Assembly (NCBI GenBank): GCA_964016885.1
Contig: OZ024757.1
Coordinates: 30,194,001-30,258,000, forward strand
DNA: 64,000 bases
Source: Eledone cirrhosa
Lineage: Eukaryota
Reading direction: 5' to 3'
Part shown: positions 1 through 10,672 of the stretch, piece after piece
Position numbering within the stretch: position 1 is the first letter of the stretch
Layout of the letters: every line of letters begins with the position of its first letter
Made by a program: the position numbers and the translations under genes
Notes under the pieces: generated by a model
What the model saw: only the letters and a program-made list of their open reading frames with translations
What the model was told of the DNA's origin: nothing
Database searches by the model: none

Positions 1-38
1 CTAAGATTGTGTAATAAAATAAGACGCAACTGACTCAC

Positions 39-116
39 ATTCGGATCATATTTGGCGTACATCATCTGTCTCTTCTGGAATTTACTGCCTCCACGATGTT
101 TTAATGAAATACGTTC
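39..116 (-). CDS. UTP14: UTP14 coding exon 10 (ERISLKHRGGSKFQKRQMMYAKYDPN); gene continues beyond window start
   Basis: tttcag and gtgagt boundaries, 78 nt; conserved 'ERMSLKH...K...AKYD' motif. Confidence 0.95.
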
Positions 117-182
117 CTGAAATACATAAACAGAGAAATCATTGAATCATCATCATCATTGTTTAATATCCACTTTCCTTGT

Positions 183-362
183 TAGCAAAGGTTCGATGGG
201 TCATCAGCAAACGAAGTCAGTACTCAAGTGGAGGTACTAACCCCACAGATAGACCAGGAGCTTGCATTTTGCTTTAGCAAAGGTTCAGTGGGTCATTAGC
301 AGACGAGGTCAGTACTGGAGGTACTGACCCCCATGGATAAGCCAGGAGCTTGCATTTTGCTT
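183..362. repeat. ~90-bp tandem duplication in UTP14 intron
   Basis: tagcaaaggttc...ccaggagcttgcattttgctt occurs twice head to tail. Confidence 0.8.
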
Positions 363-1020
363 ATATATGTGTGTGCACTCTACCAAGTGATCAGACAGGC
401 CAGTGGCTTGCAACTCGCTTACATATGAACCCACAGAGCATTTTATCATGGCACCAGCACTAAAGAAGTTGACGTGCCTTTGACACAGACAGAGTCCTCC
501 CAACCCTTTGTTTGATTGATTTTCTATGGCTAATGCCCTTCTTATCATCAACGACTTTACAAAGATCGTTTATCATGTAAATTACCAGGATTAGGGACTA
601 GCTAGAGTCCTCCCAATCCTTTGTTTGGCAAGTTTTCTACAGCTGGCTGCCCTTCCTCTCACCAACCACTTTACATTACAGAGTGTACTGAGTGTGTTTA
701 TTGTGTAAATACCCAACACTAGTAAATTTATCTGAAAAGTCTAACCAATAACATCATACACTACTGTCTTCTACACTAGAAAATAAAGCCCCACAGTTAA
801 TAAGTTTACTTTATTCTATGTAAAAATATATCATGTAAATACAATTTAACGAAAAAGAAATAAAATTTTAGATTGAGAAGAAAGAATGGAATGTAAAATT
901 AAAATTTCATAGATTCGATATAATGTGAGATAAAGCCTTTACCATAAAAATACAATTGTATATAAAGAGTAATGTTAAAGGGTTAACAAAGGTAATATGG
1001 TCAGTAGCTGACTGACTTAC

Positions 1021-1144
1021 CTTAGCGCGAGATTTCTCAACTGTTTTCATTTTGTCGAGGAATTTCTCTGGATCACTTTTAGCCAATTCATTCACATTAG
1101 TCTTTTCTTTCTCCAGTTTATCTCTCTTCATCAGACGTCGATAG
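1021..1144 (-). CDS. UTP14: UTP14 coding exon 9 (YRRLMKRDKLEKE...DPEKFLDKMKTVEKSRAK)
   Basis: tttcag and gtaagt boundaries, 124 nt, phase 2 to 0. Confidence 0.93.
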
Positions 1145-1608
1145 CTGAAACAAAAATGATGAAATTACAAACTGCAAGAATAGTGACCGCATATATGTGT
1201 GTTTTATGCACTCAAACTTTTAAAATTAAAATAATGTCAATCAACAGATGATAATTATCATAAATACCGTATTTTCTTCCTAATCATTACATAGATATGT
1301 GTGTATGTAATAGTTATTATGTATGTGTCTATTTATGAATATGCATGAGTAGATGTGTGTGTGTCTGTGTGGGTTTGCACTTTTGTTGTCTGTATTTATG
1401 TATTTATGTGTAGATGTACTGTTCTCAAAAGAAATAACATCAAAATCTCATAGATTCAATATTATATGAGATAAAGCCTTTACCATGAAAATACAATAGT
1501 AAATATAGAGTAATGTAAATGCTAAAGGGTTAAAAAGTGCCCTCCTACAGCTCCATTAGGAGTGGCGGATCCATACGTACATAAATACATTCTTAAGATG
1601 ATACATAC

Positions 1609-1703
1609 CGCTTGCTTTTAATCTTGTTCTTCCACTGTTGTTTGATTTCATGATAATTCAACAAAGCCCTATATTTCATCAGCTCACTCCGCCGTATTTG
1701 GGC
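1609..1703 (-). CDS. UTP14: UTP14 coding exon 8 (AQIRRSELMKYRALLNYHEIKQQWKNKIKSKR)
   Basis: ctttcag and gtatgt boundaries, 95 nt; conserved 'RRAEL...RAL..Y.E.K....KKIKSK' motif. Confidence 0.95.
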
Positions 1704-1894
1704 CTGAAAGGAGAAAATTATTCCACATTTGTACACATCATTATAACGAACAACAAACGTTTTAGAGACATTTTCCCTTGCTCAAACAGGCGAGTTAGTT
1801 AGCCTGTATAGGAGTAAAGGGAACATTACTGACTTCATATTCATCATTGGGCCCTTTTTGAGGCAATATTTTGCAGCCATCAGCGTCTTTCTTG

Positions 1895-2078
1895 GTGAAA
1901 AGTTCATAGGCTGACTATGACGGATTGATGCTAGAGCTGTGAAATCTTGCATGCATTAATTTCAAGTCTTCTTATTAATAACGTCATTATTTTTTTTTTC
2001 CAGGGACTATGATGAAAAATAAACCTCATTTGGTCATTCCATGAGAGTATCTTGATAAGCCAATGAACTTTTCAGCTA
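1895..2078 (+). mobile_element. internally deleted mariner (MITE-like)
   Basis: Inverted ends gaaaagttcataggct / agccaatgaacttttc; the left part matches the 5' end of the mariner at 20380-21197. Confidence 0.65.
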
Positions 2079-2091
2079 ACGCTTATGTGTG

Positions 2092-2460
2092 TCATCATCA
2101 TCATCATTTTACATCCGCTTCTCCCTGCTTGCAAGGGTGGGACGGATCCTATTCAGCACAGCATCTCTCCACTTGTCACGGTCCTTTGTCATCTCAGTGA
2201 GCTTCAGCAATCTGAGGTCTGCTCTCACCACCTCCGACCATGTTTTTCGTGGTCTTCCTCTACTGGCATTTCTTGGCACTTCTATACCCAGCGGTCATCC
2301 TCCATGCGCATCACATGTCCATACCATCGCAGTTTTCTCTCCAGCACACCACAACTTATCCCCTCTTAAACAGTTTCTCTCTCAACTTATCCATGCTTGG
2401 TCGTTCACGTACATTGACATTGCACATCCAATGGAGCATGCTTCATTTCTCTCCAGCCGT
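2092..2460 (-). mobile_element. 5'-truncated RTE LINE 3' end with (GAT)n tail
   Basis: Reverse complement of the LINE 3' end seen at 15290-15657. Confidence 0.9.
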
Positions 2461-2497
<37 letters not shown>

Positions 2498-2737
2498 TAA
2501 GAAATATCTCAGTCCATCGTGCTAGCTAGTGCCACTAGAAAATGAACCTGATACATGCTGTAAAGTGTTTGATGTTATGAAAAGCATTCGGCCATAGGAA
2601 CCTTGACAGAATGGAACGTACAAGTAAGACATAGTTACCTGACCTGTCTAGCCTCAGAACATGACAACCTACCTCATCCATGCAAGCATGGAAAACAGGC
2701 ATATGATGATGATGATGACGATCGTGAGTGTCCTTAC

Positions 2738-2860
2738 CTTCTTGAGATCCATAGCTGTCAAAGCACGTTGTTCCACTTTTGATAGAGGCTGAAAGTCATC
2801 CTGTATGTATTTATCCCCATGGAGTAGTTTATACACCTCAAGTTCTAGAGAGTTGTGAGG
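2738..2860 (-). CDS. UTP14: UTP14 coding exon 7 (PHNSLELEVYKLLH...LSKVEQRALTAMDLKK)
   Basis: tttccag and gtaagg boundaries, 123 nt; matches 'TPLEQEIFNLLH...LTPVEKASLRAMSLEE'. Confidence 0.93.
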
Positions 2861-2879
2861 CTGGAAACAAGAGAGAACT

Positions 2880-3285
2880 ATTGATAAATAATGGTTTCTG
2901 ATTTAGGCACAAGGTCAACAATTTTGGGAGGAGGGGAAAGTCAATTAAATCGATGACCACCCCCACCACCACCACCCCACCCCCCACCACCACCACCCCA
3001 GTGCATTACTGGTACTTTATTTTATTGACCCCCATAAGGATAAAAGCCAAAGTTAACCTCAGCAGGATTGATAAATAATGGTTTGATTTAGGCACATGGT
3101 TTTGAGGGGAGGGGAAAGCTAATTAAATCAACCCCAGTACTTTACTGGTACTTTATTTTATCAACACCAAAAGGATGAAAGGCCAGATTGACCTGAGCAG
3201 AATTTGAATTCAGAACTCAGTTTAATTAACTGCTACAAAGTATATTGTTGGATATTCTAATAATTCTGCCAATCCACCACCCTTC
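2880..3285 (-). mobile_element. tRNA-derived SINE (Nin-domain/OK-like) with duplicated 3' part
   Basis: Same sequence family as 10493-10672; ctggtactttattttat motif occurs twice. Confidence 0.7.
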
Positions 3286-3325
3286 AGTGGTTAATTACTA
3301 AACGCTAATTAGATAAAATATTCAC

Positions 3326-3403
3326 CTTAAAATATTTCCGCATTGTGGTTTTATCTAGGACATCCACTCTCTCATTTTGTGCTGGGAATTGAACATGCTC
3401 CTT
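3326..3403 (-). CDS. UTP14: UTP14 coding exon 6 (KEHVQFPAQNERVDVLDKTTMRKYFK)
   Basis: cag and gtgaat boundaries, 78 nt; corresponds to the 'EQLVFP' region. Confidence 0.88.
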
Positions 3404-3969
3404 CTGTTCCAGGTCAGAGAAAATGGAAAAGAAAATTATATGGAATTATAAAGAAAGCTACAATTTATCAACATTTGCATATTTAAAAAAGTGAAAAAGA
3501 AAGAGGAAAAAAAATTTAATTAACCCTTCTAGTTGGATCCGGCCAGAATTATCAAAATCTCATAGATTCAATATTATGTGAGATAATTGAGGCAAAGCTT
3601 GTACCATGAAAATTGTTCTCAAAATTGTTCTCAAAATGAATAATATCAAAATCTCATAGATTCAATATTATGTGAGATAATTGAGGCAAAGCTTGTACCA
3701 TGAAAATATAATAGTAAATATAGAGTAATGTAAATGGTAAAATAAACGGTTGAAAAAGTGTGTGTGCACTTATATGGGTAAATTTAATACATTTACTTCA
3801 TGCATGAGCGACTGCTGGTCTGCCACAAATCACCTTGGAGAGGAACTTTCTAGGTACAAATTCATAGTCATTTAAGAATGAAGAATGTCACAACATGTAG
3901 AGTTCTGAGTGTAGGGACAGTTTTGTAACAGGAAAAAAGGTGGGTATAATGTATTGTCCTAAAACTTAC

Positions 3970-4047
3970 CTTACGGTTATCCCAAACGATATTGTCCCAG
4001 TCAGCAAGTTCTTCACATGTTTTGGTGAATGCAGCAGCTCTGTCAAC
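3970..4047 (-). CDS. UTP14: UTP14 coding exon 5 (VDRAAAFTKTCEELADWDNIVWDNRK)
   Basis: tttcacag and gtaagt boundaries, 78 nt; matches the UTP14 'REVAFNKT..LSKWDPVV.KNR' segment. Confidence 0.92.
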
Positions 4048-4804
4048 CTGTGAAATGAAAGATTGAAAATTAGTTTTACATAGCTGAAGTATACATCCAG
4101 TGAAGCCTCCAGTCCAAAACTGTAAAATGGTCATGATGGTGACATGGCAAAACAGTGGTCGTGTAGGTGTCACGACAAAAAGCATCCAGTGCTCACTGTA
4201 AATGAGGTTGGTGCTAGGAAGGGCATCCAGCTGTAAAAACCAAGCCAAAATCAGTTCTGTATGAGAAAGCCATCGTCATCTGACCTGGCATTGCTGCAGT
4301 TTCTTCTCCCACTTATTCCTAAGAGGGTCACAGGGGCAGAGTCCTCAAACTCTCCTTCCAGCGGGTCCTGTCAGAAGCAACCTTTTCCAACTGATCCAGC
4401 TGGACCCCTAAACGAGACCAGCCAAGCTCATGGATATTATCCAACCACCTTGCTTGAGGTCTACTCCTGGATCTCCTGCCAATTGGTTTTGCCCATAAAA
4501 TCTGTCCAGTGATTCTTTCCTAAGACCCTTGCTTCAGCAGGGAAAAATGCTTGCTTTATTTTAAACAGCAATCCAAGATGATTTTATTCTGTCTTCAATT
4601 GGTGCTTACATTTTCCAATATCATTTTAATATATGAACAGAAGAGATTACAAAATAACATTGTTCACAGGGAACATGATAAGCTAGAGTCCTCTTCTTAT
4701 CACTCATATTTCCACCAAGTCAATAAGAACACACACGCAGAAAGGCACATACAGATATATTTGTGTGAAAGCTTTAAAAAGAAAAACACGTCACAAATGA
4801 TTAC

Positions 4805-4947
4805 CTTCTCCTTTTGATGTTTAAGTAAGGGTTCTTTAATAACACTCTTCTTTGCTTGGATATTCTTCAGAGTTTTGGTCAACTTTTTCTTTCTGGTTAC
4901 ATCTTTCACTGACTGGACCAGGTCATGGATTTGAACTTTGCTGAGAT
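4805..4947 (-). CDS. UTP14: UTP14 coding exon 4 (DLSKVQIHDLVQSVK...KEPLLKHQKEK)
   Basis: polypyrimidine tract plus aag acceptor, gtaa donor, 143 nt, phase 1 to 0; lies within ORF 4700..4984. Confidence 0.9.
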
Positions 4948-4999
4948 CTTCACAGAAAATACAAAGAAAGAAAAAGAAAAACAATTATTAAACCTGTAA

Positions 5000-5455
5000 C
5001 CCTTTAGCATTTACATTACTCTATATTTACTTTTGTATTTTTGTGGTAAAGGCTTTATCTTACATAATTATTTCACATAATATTGAATCTTCGAGATTTT
5101 GATGTTATTTGTTTTAAAAACAATACCTTAACGTCAAGTATGGGTGGTCAGTTTGAATAGAAAAAGGTGAGAGAATTCTGGCCAGATAAGGCTGCTTTAA
5201 ATGCTAAATGGTTAAATACCAACCTGGCCAAAATCAGTTCTGAATCTCTGAAGCAGAACCATCCCTTTAGTATTTAAACAGGCCAGAATTCTCTCACCTC
5301 TCTCTGTTCAAATTGGCTGTTCATACTGATGTTAAGGTATTGTTCTCAAAATAAATAATATCAAAATCTTGTAGATTTGATATTATGTGATATAATTATG
5401 TGAAATAAAATGTTTACTGTAGTAAATATAGAGTAATGTAAATGCTTAAGGGGTA
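5000..5455. mobile_element. two piggyBac-like MITE copies; partial copies also at ~905-985, 1418-1533, 3520-3750 and 12555-12723
   Basis: CCCTTTAGCATTT...AAATGCTAAAGGG termini with (T)TAA flanks; same family as 9377-9571. Confidence 0.65.
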
Positions 5456-5592
5456 ATTTAGAATCTTCCAACATTCTTTTATGTAAGAACCATGTTACAT
5501 TACTATTTTAGTAATGAAATAATTAATAATTTTAATAAATCCATCAAAATTCTTCATTAATTTCTTTGATGCCAACCTGGCCAATTACTTAC

Positions 5593-5660
5593 CATTAGCT
5601 GCTCCAAAGTTGAACTCTGATACATTTTTACCAACTACAGTCCTTTGGTTATAGCGAGCC
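5593..5660 (-). CDS. UTP14: UTP14 coding exon 3 (ARYNQRTVVGKNVSEFNFGAAN)
   Basis: AG and GTAAGT boundaries, 68 nt, phase 2 to 1; VSEFN motif as in UTP14 proteins. Confidence 0.9.
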
Positions 5661-6040
5661 CTGAATGAGAATATTTTACACAAATTATTAAATTGTCTAT
5701 CTTCATTGTTTTTTTAAATGACATAGTTATTTGTTGTTTGGTTGGGGTTTTTTTTTTATTGTTTTTAAATATTAGTTTAGTGCAGTAAAACTTGAATTTT
5801 CAAACTGTATAAAATATTTTTACATTTTAAAATATTTGAATCATGTTATTTTGCAATGTTTGTTCTATATATTTTGCTGTGTTGTTACCATAATAAAATG
5901 CACCCAGTACATTCTGTAAACATATTTGAAGTCTGTTATTTTGATGCAACAATAAAATACACTCAGTACACTCTGTAGCGCGGTTGACATCTTTTACCAA
6001 AATGGCCAGCTGGGGATGTGACAGAGGGTCCTATCATTAA

Positions 6041-6316
6041 CCTGTTGACTGCCGCATATATTTTACACAGTTACAGTTGCTGTGCCGGGGTTTTTTCAGT
6101 AAAATAACTGTTTTCATTGACAAACATCACATCAATAAACTAGTAACCCCATCTTGCTTTGAAGTTATGAACTGTTGGAAAAGAGTTCATAACATGCTAG
6201 GACGAATTATCTCGTCCGTGGCACAGGAATGCATACATGTTAGGACAAGTTATCTCATGTGGCACAGGAATGCATACATATTAGGATGAGTTATCTTATC
6301 TATGGCACTGAAGAGG
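6041..6316. mobile_element. second TTAA-flanked MITE with internal ~40-bp tandem repeats
   Basis: TTAA|CCTGTTGACTGCC ... GGCACTGAAGAGG|TTAA imperfect TIRs; repeated taggac..ttatctc..tggcac unit at 6195-6310. Confidence 0.55.
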
Positions 6317-6442
6317 TTAAAACACCTATGAGATGCAACTTTATAGGATGCCAGTTAAACCTACACAGGTGTGAGCTGTAACAACAGTAACTAAATGGAT
6401 AAAATCTAAAAAAATGGAATTAGTTAAAAAAAAAAAACCTAC

Positions 6443-6507
6443 TTTTTGTTGTTGAGAGCTAGAACTGAGTCTATGAGTCTCTTCCTTGTTCTGTCATCTT
6501 CTGGCGC
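6443..6507 (-). CDS. UTP14: UTP14 coding exon 2 (APEDDRTRKRLIDSVLALNNKK)
   Basis: ttttgtag acceptor, gtaggt donor, 65 nt, phase 0 to 2; resembles the UTP14 'KLLEAISSL' segment. Confidence 0.85.
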
Positions 6508-6732
6508 CTACAAAACAAAAGTAATAAAAATTATAAAATAAAAACAAAATGACAAGGAGCCAATCTTCAGATTAGACCAAGGAAACTATGTTTCCATTGG
6601 TTTTTTATTACCTCCTTCAGGGCCCAAGTAAGGGGCCTCATAACTTAAATAGCACAGGACCTCATTTGTCTGTCCTAAATCCGGGACTGCATAACGCCCC
6701 TTCATAATCCCAGTAATGAATGATAGTCTTAC

Positions 6733-6801
6733 CTGAACATCTTCACTGTCACTGATGTCAGCTTCTTTCAAGCCATCTTCGTTAGTTGCCATTAAATCCA
6801 T
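6733..6801 (-). CDS. UTP14: UTP14 coding exon 1 (MDLMATNEDGLKEADISDSEDVQ); exon including 5'UTR is probably 6733-6872
   Basis: ATG at 6801 is the first after an in-frame TAG (alternative ATG at 6792). Donor CAG|GTAAG at 6733; acceptor tcattgcag at 6873. Acidic N-terminus, in phase with downstream exons. Confidence 0.75.
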
Positions 6802-6917
6802 GCTGCTCACCTTTACAGTGTGTGGCTAAGTAGGGAGTCAGTAGAAGACACACGCTGTGATATATGGGTCAGCTGCAATGATAGATAATACAGGAAACTT
6901 ATATTTATACATATTTA

Positions 6918-6948
<31 letters not shown>

Positions 6949-7090
6949 TTAGGTTTGTTGGTTCACCACTGGATAGAACTGGTCATTCTGTATGGTCAAT
7001 CTCAATGTAATATTATGGAGAGCACTCAACGTAATGCAACTCACCCGTCTTTGTTTGTGTAGTTGGTGGTGCGAGTACGGAGTTAATTAT

Positions 7091-7251
7091 TATAAAATAA
7101 CAGGAGGCTGGACTGGTGTAAATCCTTGAAAGGTTTATTATACTATGGTCATTTCAATGACCGGGTTCAGTATGAATCCGGTCATCGAAATGATCATAGT
7201 ATAATAAACCTTTCAAGGATTTACACCAGTCCAGCCTCCTGTTATTTTATA
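7091..7251. repeat. 161-bp near-perfect palindrome (79-bp arms, 3-nt loop, 3 mismatches)
   Basis: tataaaataacaggaggctggactggtg... and its reverse complement ...caccagtccagcctcctgttattttata, read directly. Confidence 0.95.
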
Positions 7252-7354
7252 TATATATATATGTGAAGTAATTCCGTCAGAAGAGTCCAGGAAAAAAGAG
7301 TGCTCTATGTAGGTAACAGAGCTTAATAGTTATGTAATAAACAACATAAGGCAA

Positions 7355-7422
7355 TTATTTCATTTACCAGTGGTTTCTTAAAAGCAAAAAAATTTTGCTT
7401 TCAATCATCAGAATGAAAAAAT
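7355..7422 (-). ncRNA. type I hammerhead ribozyme (Penelope-type)
   Basis: Minus strand reads TTTCATT-CTGATGA-TTGAAAGCAAAA(TTT)TTTTGCTTTTAA-GAAA-CCACTGG-TA^-AATGAAA. Complete core, 7-bp stem I, 12-bp stem II, short stem III, GUA cleavage triplet. Confidence 0.8.
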
Positions 7423-7889
7423 CCTGGTGTATTTATTGACGTTGGATTTTAAAATCCAACGTCCGTTTGTCCATGCTTTCATGGATTAGACAGGTCATCC
7501 TCACCATGAGGCAAGTCTGGCCAGAGTTGGTCACGCCATATCTTACTCCGACGAGGACTGTAAATTTGGCCAAGTATTTTACAGCTGGATGCCATTCGTA
7601 ACATTAACCACATTTACAGTGTGGGTATATATATATATATATATTTATATGTATATAGTGTCCGTGTGTGTATATATATGTAGGTATGTGTGTATCATGA
7701 ACACAGTTTTAAAAGAATTCAAAGCAAGACTCTCGAGTGTTTATTGTACATAAAGATATCGTATATGCTTCCATATACAGCCCTATTATGAACTACATAT
7801 GTTAGTGCCCCTTCTAAATGGTTATTAGAATATACTGTGGTAAGCACTCAATAAGGGTAGATATGGTGTAAAAATTAATATTTCTATGT

Positions 7890-8155
7890 ATGAGGGGAAA
7901 GTCGATTAAATTGACCCCAGTACATGATTGGTACTTTATTTCTCGACCCTGTAAGGATAAAGGGCAAAGCTAACCTCAGTGGGAATAAGGCCAGCAAATT
8001 ACCCAATGCATTACTGGTACTTTATTCTATCGACCCCGGAAGGATGAAAGGCAAAGTCAACCTCAGCGGGATTTGAACTCAGATCGTAAAGGGACGTAAC
8101 TATGCTGGAAAGCATGGCGTCCGACCCTCTACCGATACTGCCAATCCACCGATAA
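7890..8155 (-). mobile_element. tRNA-derived SINE (Nin-domain/OK-like), two abutting pieces
   Basis: Box B gagttcaaatcc and ctttgcctttcatcc..ggggtcgata..aaagtaccag on the minus strand. Confidence 0.8.
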
Positions 8156-8224
8156 TAATGTGTATTAAGGTAATATAAATTGCAAAACGAGCCATAAGAC
8201 CTTACAATATATTTAAGATATTCG

Positions 8225-8470
8225 AGCAATGGAAATTGACGTGCAAGTGTCTGAGCGTTCGACAGACTCGTGTACTTTTATTGTAATTCTCAGGGAGATT
8301 CAGTGTGACAAGACTGGCCCTTTTGAATTACAGGTACAATCTATTTTGGTAAAAATAATAAATGTACACACTAAGTTTGGCTAGTTGAGTTGACTAGAAC
8401 GTGAAATAAAGTGTCTTGATCAAAAGATTCAACGCGCGCCGAGAATCGAACTCACGACTATTAGATCGTA
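8225..8470 (-). mobile_element. tRNA-derived SINE with CORE-like domain
   Basis: gtgagttcgattctc box B followed by caagacactttatttcacg. Confidence 0.7.
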
Positions 8471-8739
8471 ACTCAGTATATAATATATTGACAGTAACAT
8501 AAGCCATAAATGTAATTCATAGTTATTACACACGTCTCGTTTCCTATGGTGTTTGATGTGTTTTGAACGAATGTGGCCTTCGAAACTGTCGTAAATTACG
8601 TTTTCTGAGGTTCTCAAATCCGAAAACTCAACACCCGTCTTGCAGATGGGTATAATAATAGAGGATTACCACCATCAGACTTAACAACATACATCAAGTA
8701 GATATATTCATATTAAAAGAAGACATAAAATGATATAAA

Positions 8740-9080
8740 CTAACCTTATTTTAGACAGACCCAAGCACATGTGTTGTGTGTTTCGGCTTGAGACAGTCGT
8801 AAAATTAATAGGACACGTCTAATGTATAATTAAAAACCAAATAAGAAAAATAAGTCTTTATTGACTATTATTCCTAATATTATCGTTATTTTCTATCTTT
8901 CATTAGTTTTTTTTTTAGATATATACATATATAGTTAATATCTTAATAATTAATTTTCTTTTAATCAAATAGATAATGAATATTAAGGCTTGCTATAATG
9001 CTATTACGACACCTATAGACAGAAATGGGGAAAGTATTGCCGCCATGTTGTATTCACTTTCTTTATATTTCCTGTAATGA
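8740..9080 (-). promoter_or_regulatory. candidate UTP14 promoter / non-coding first exon
   Basis: YY1-like CAACATGGCGGC (~9039-9050, minus), ETS-like CAGGAA and donor-like AAG|GTTAGT near 8745; non-repetitive island upstream of the acceptor at 6873. Confidence 0.3.
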
Positions 9081-9376
9081 TAAGAGTCGTGTGTTCGAAT
9101 CTGTTGCCATCCCTATTAAAATAAAGTATCAAAATAAATTAATATTTTTTTATTCTTTTTGCCCTTTTGATTTCTTTATGAATACATTTTATAACACATT
9201 TTACTTTGTGCTAAGTTTTTATGCACATATTTTATTTTTAAATTTATATTTTTATTATTTATAATTAAATATTAAGTTAAAAATTTGCTCTATTTGAAGA
9301 TTTCGGGTGGTATGTCATCTCTGCCATGGGCTTAGTTTGATGACATTTGCTTTGTGACATCTTAAATTTCTTTTAA

Positions 9377-9571
9377 CTCTTTAGCATTTAAACCAGCTGT
9401 ATCCAACCAGAATTCCGTCACCTCTTTCTGTTCTAACCGGCTGCTCATACTTATATTAAGGTATTGTTCTCAAAATATATAATATCAAAATCTCATAGAT
9501 TCGATATTATGTAAAGTAAAGCCTTTACTACAAAATCTGGTAGTATATAGAGTAATGTAAATGCTAAAGGG
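9377..9571. mobile_element. piggyBac-like MITE
   Basis: TTAA (9373-9376) CTCTTTAGCATTTA ... TAAATGCTAAAGGG TTAA (9572-9575). Confidence 0.75.
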
Positions 9572-9681
9572 TTAAGCTTGATTCAAGAGCATAAGCTTAT
9601 TTCTTCTATCATTTTGGGGGGTGCAGAGGTTCATAATTTTCAAACAGAAATTGCTAAATTTTCTGACAACAATTTTTGGGG

Positions 9682-10115
9682 AGTTGTGAATTCGGTTCTC
9701 GGACAGAGTGATGCGTTGTGTCCTTCAGCAAGACACTTTATTTCGCGTTTCTCACTCGTCATCTATAGAAATAATTGTTTCTACTTTAGGCACAAGGCCA
9801 GCAATTACCTAGTGTATTACTGGTACTTTATTTTATCGACCCCGTAAGGATGAAAGGCAAAGTTAACCTCGGCGGGATTTGAACTAAGATCGTAAAGGGA
9901 CGTAACTATGCTGAAATAATGAGTTGCAACATGAATGATGCCAAACTCTGTATCTGCCTTTGTCTCTCCCTTCAACAACATCGGTGGCAGAGGAGACTGA
10001 TATGCGTGAGCGACTGCTGGTCTTCCACAAATATACTGTGCCCGGTCTTGTGCCGCGGAGGGAAACTCTCTAGGTGTAAATCCCATGGTCATTTGTGACC
10101 GAAGGTGGTCTTTGT
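9682..10115 (+). mobile_element. CORE-like tRNA SINE interrupted by a minus-strand OK-like SINE (9776-9912)
   Basis: tgtgtccttcagcaagacactttatttc CORE-like block; nested insert flanked by 8-bp TSD gaaataat (9768-9775 / 9913-9920). Confidence 0.75.
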
Positions 10116-10492
10116 TTCTATCTGAAACGAGTTAATTACACAACATCGTATTTATAACACTTCTACTGTGGATATTTGAGTCGGTAGAACACTATACAAC
10201 TACCAAGGAGATTAGCAATGTGTAATCTATCTTTATAAGTAACGGTAATACTAAGAAACAGGCCGGGAGGGGGTAGAAATGGTGCAAAATTTTGCTTTGA
10301 TCGGATAAATTTAATGGTCAAGGGGAGATAATTTCAAAGAGAGAAAGAGCGAGTAAGAGAGATAGAGAGAGTGTGGGGAGAGAAACGAAGGTTTGCACAC
10401 ACGCATATATAAAGCCTGAACATATTATTTCCGATTTCACCATCATTAAAATATGTTTAAAATTTGCGACACAACACGAAGTCATTATTTCG

Positions 10493-10672
10493 GTGGATTG
10501 GCAGTATCGGTGGAGAGTCGGACGCCATGCTTTCCAGCATAGTTACGTCCCTTTACGATCTGAGTTCAAATCCCGCCGAGGTTGACTTTGCCTTTCATCC
10601 TTACAGGGTCGATAAAATAAAGTACCAGTAATACACTGGGTAATTGCTGGCCTTGTGCCTAAAGTAGAAACA
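10493..10672 (+). mobile_element. young tRNA-derived SINE (Nin-domain/OK-like)
   Basis: A box tggcagtatcgg, B box gagttcaaatcc, TSD attatttcg (10484-10492 / 10673-10681); absent from the paralogous site at ~16220. Confidence 0.9.

Noticed and set aside
9006-9047. ATGGCGGCA... on the minus strand as the UTP14 start codon
   Set aside because: The frame closes after 17 codons, and the next exon has an in-frame stop before its own ATG; retained only as a promoter motif.
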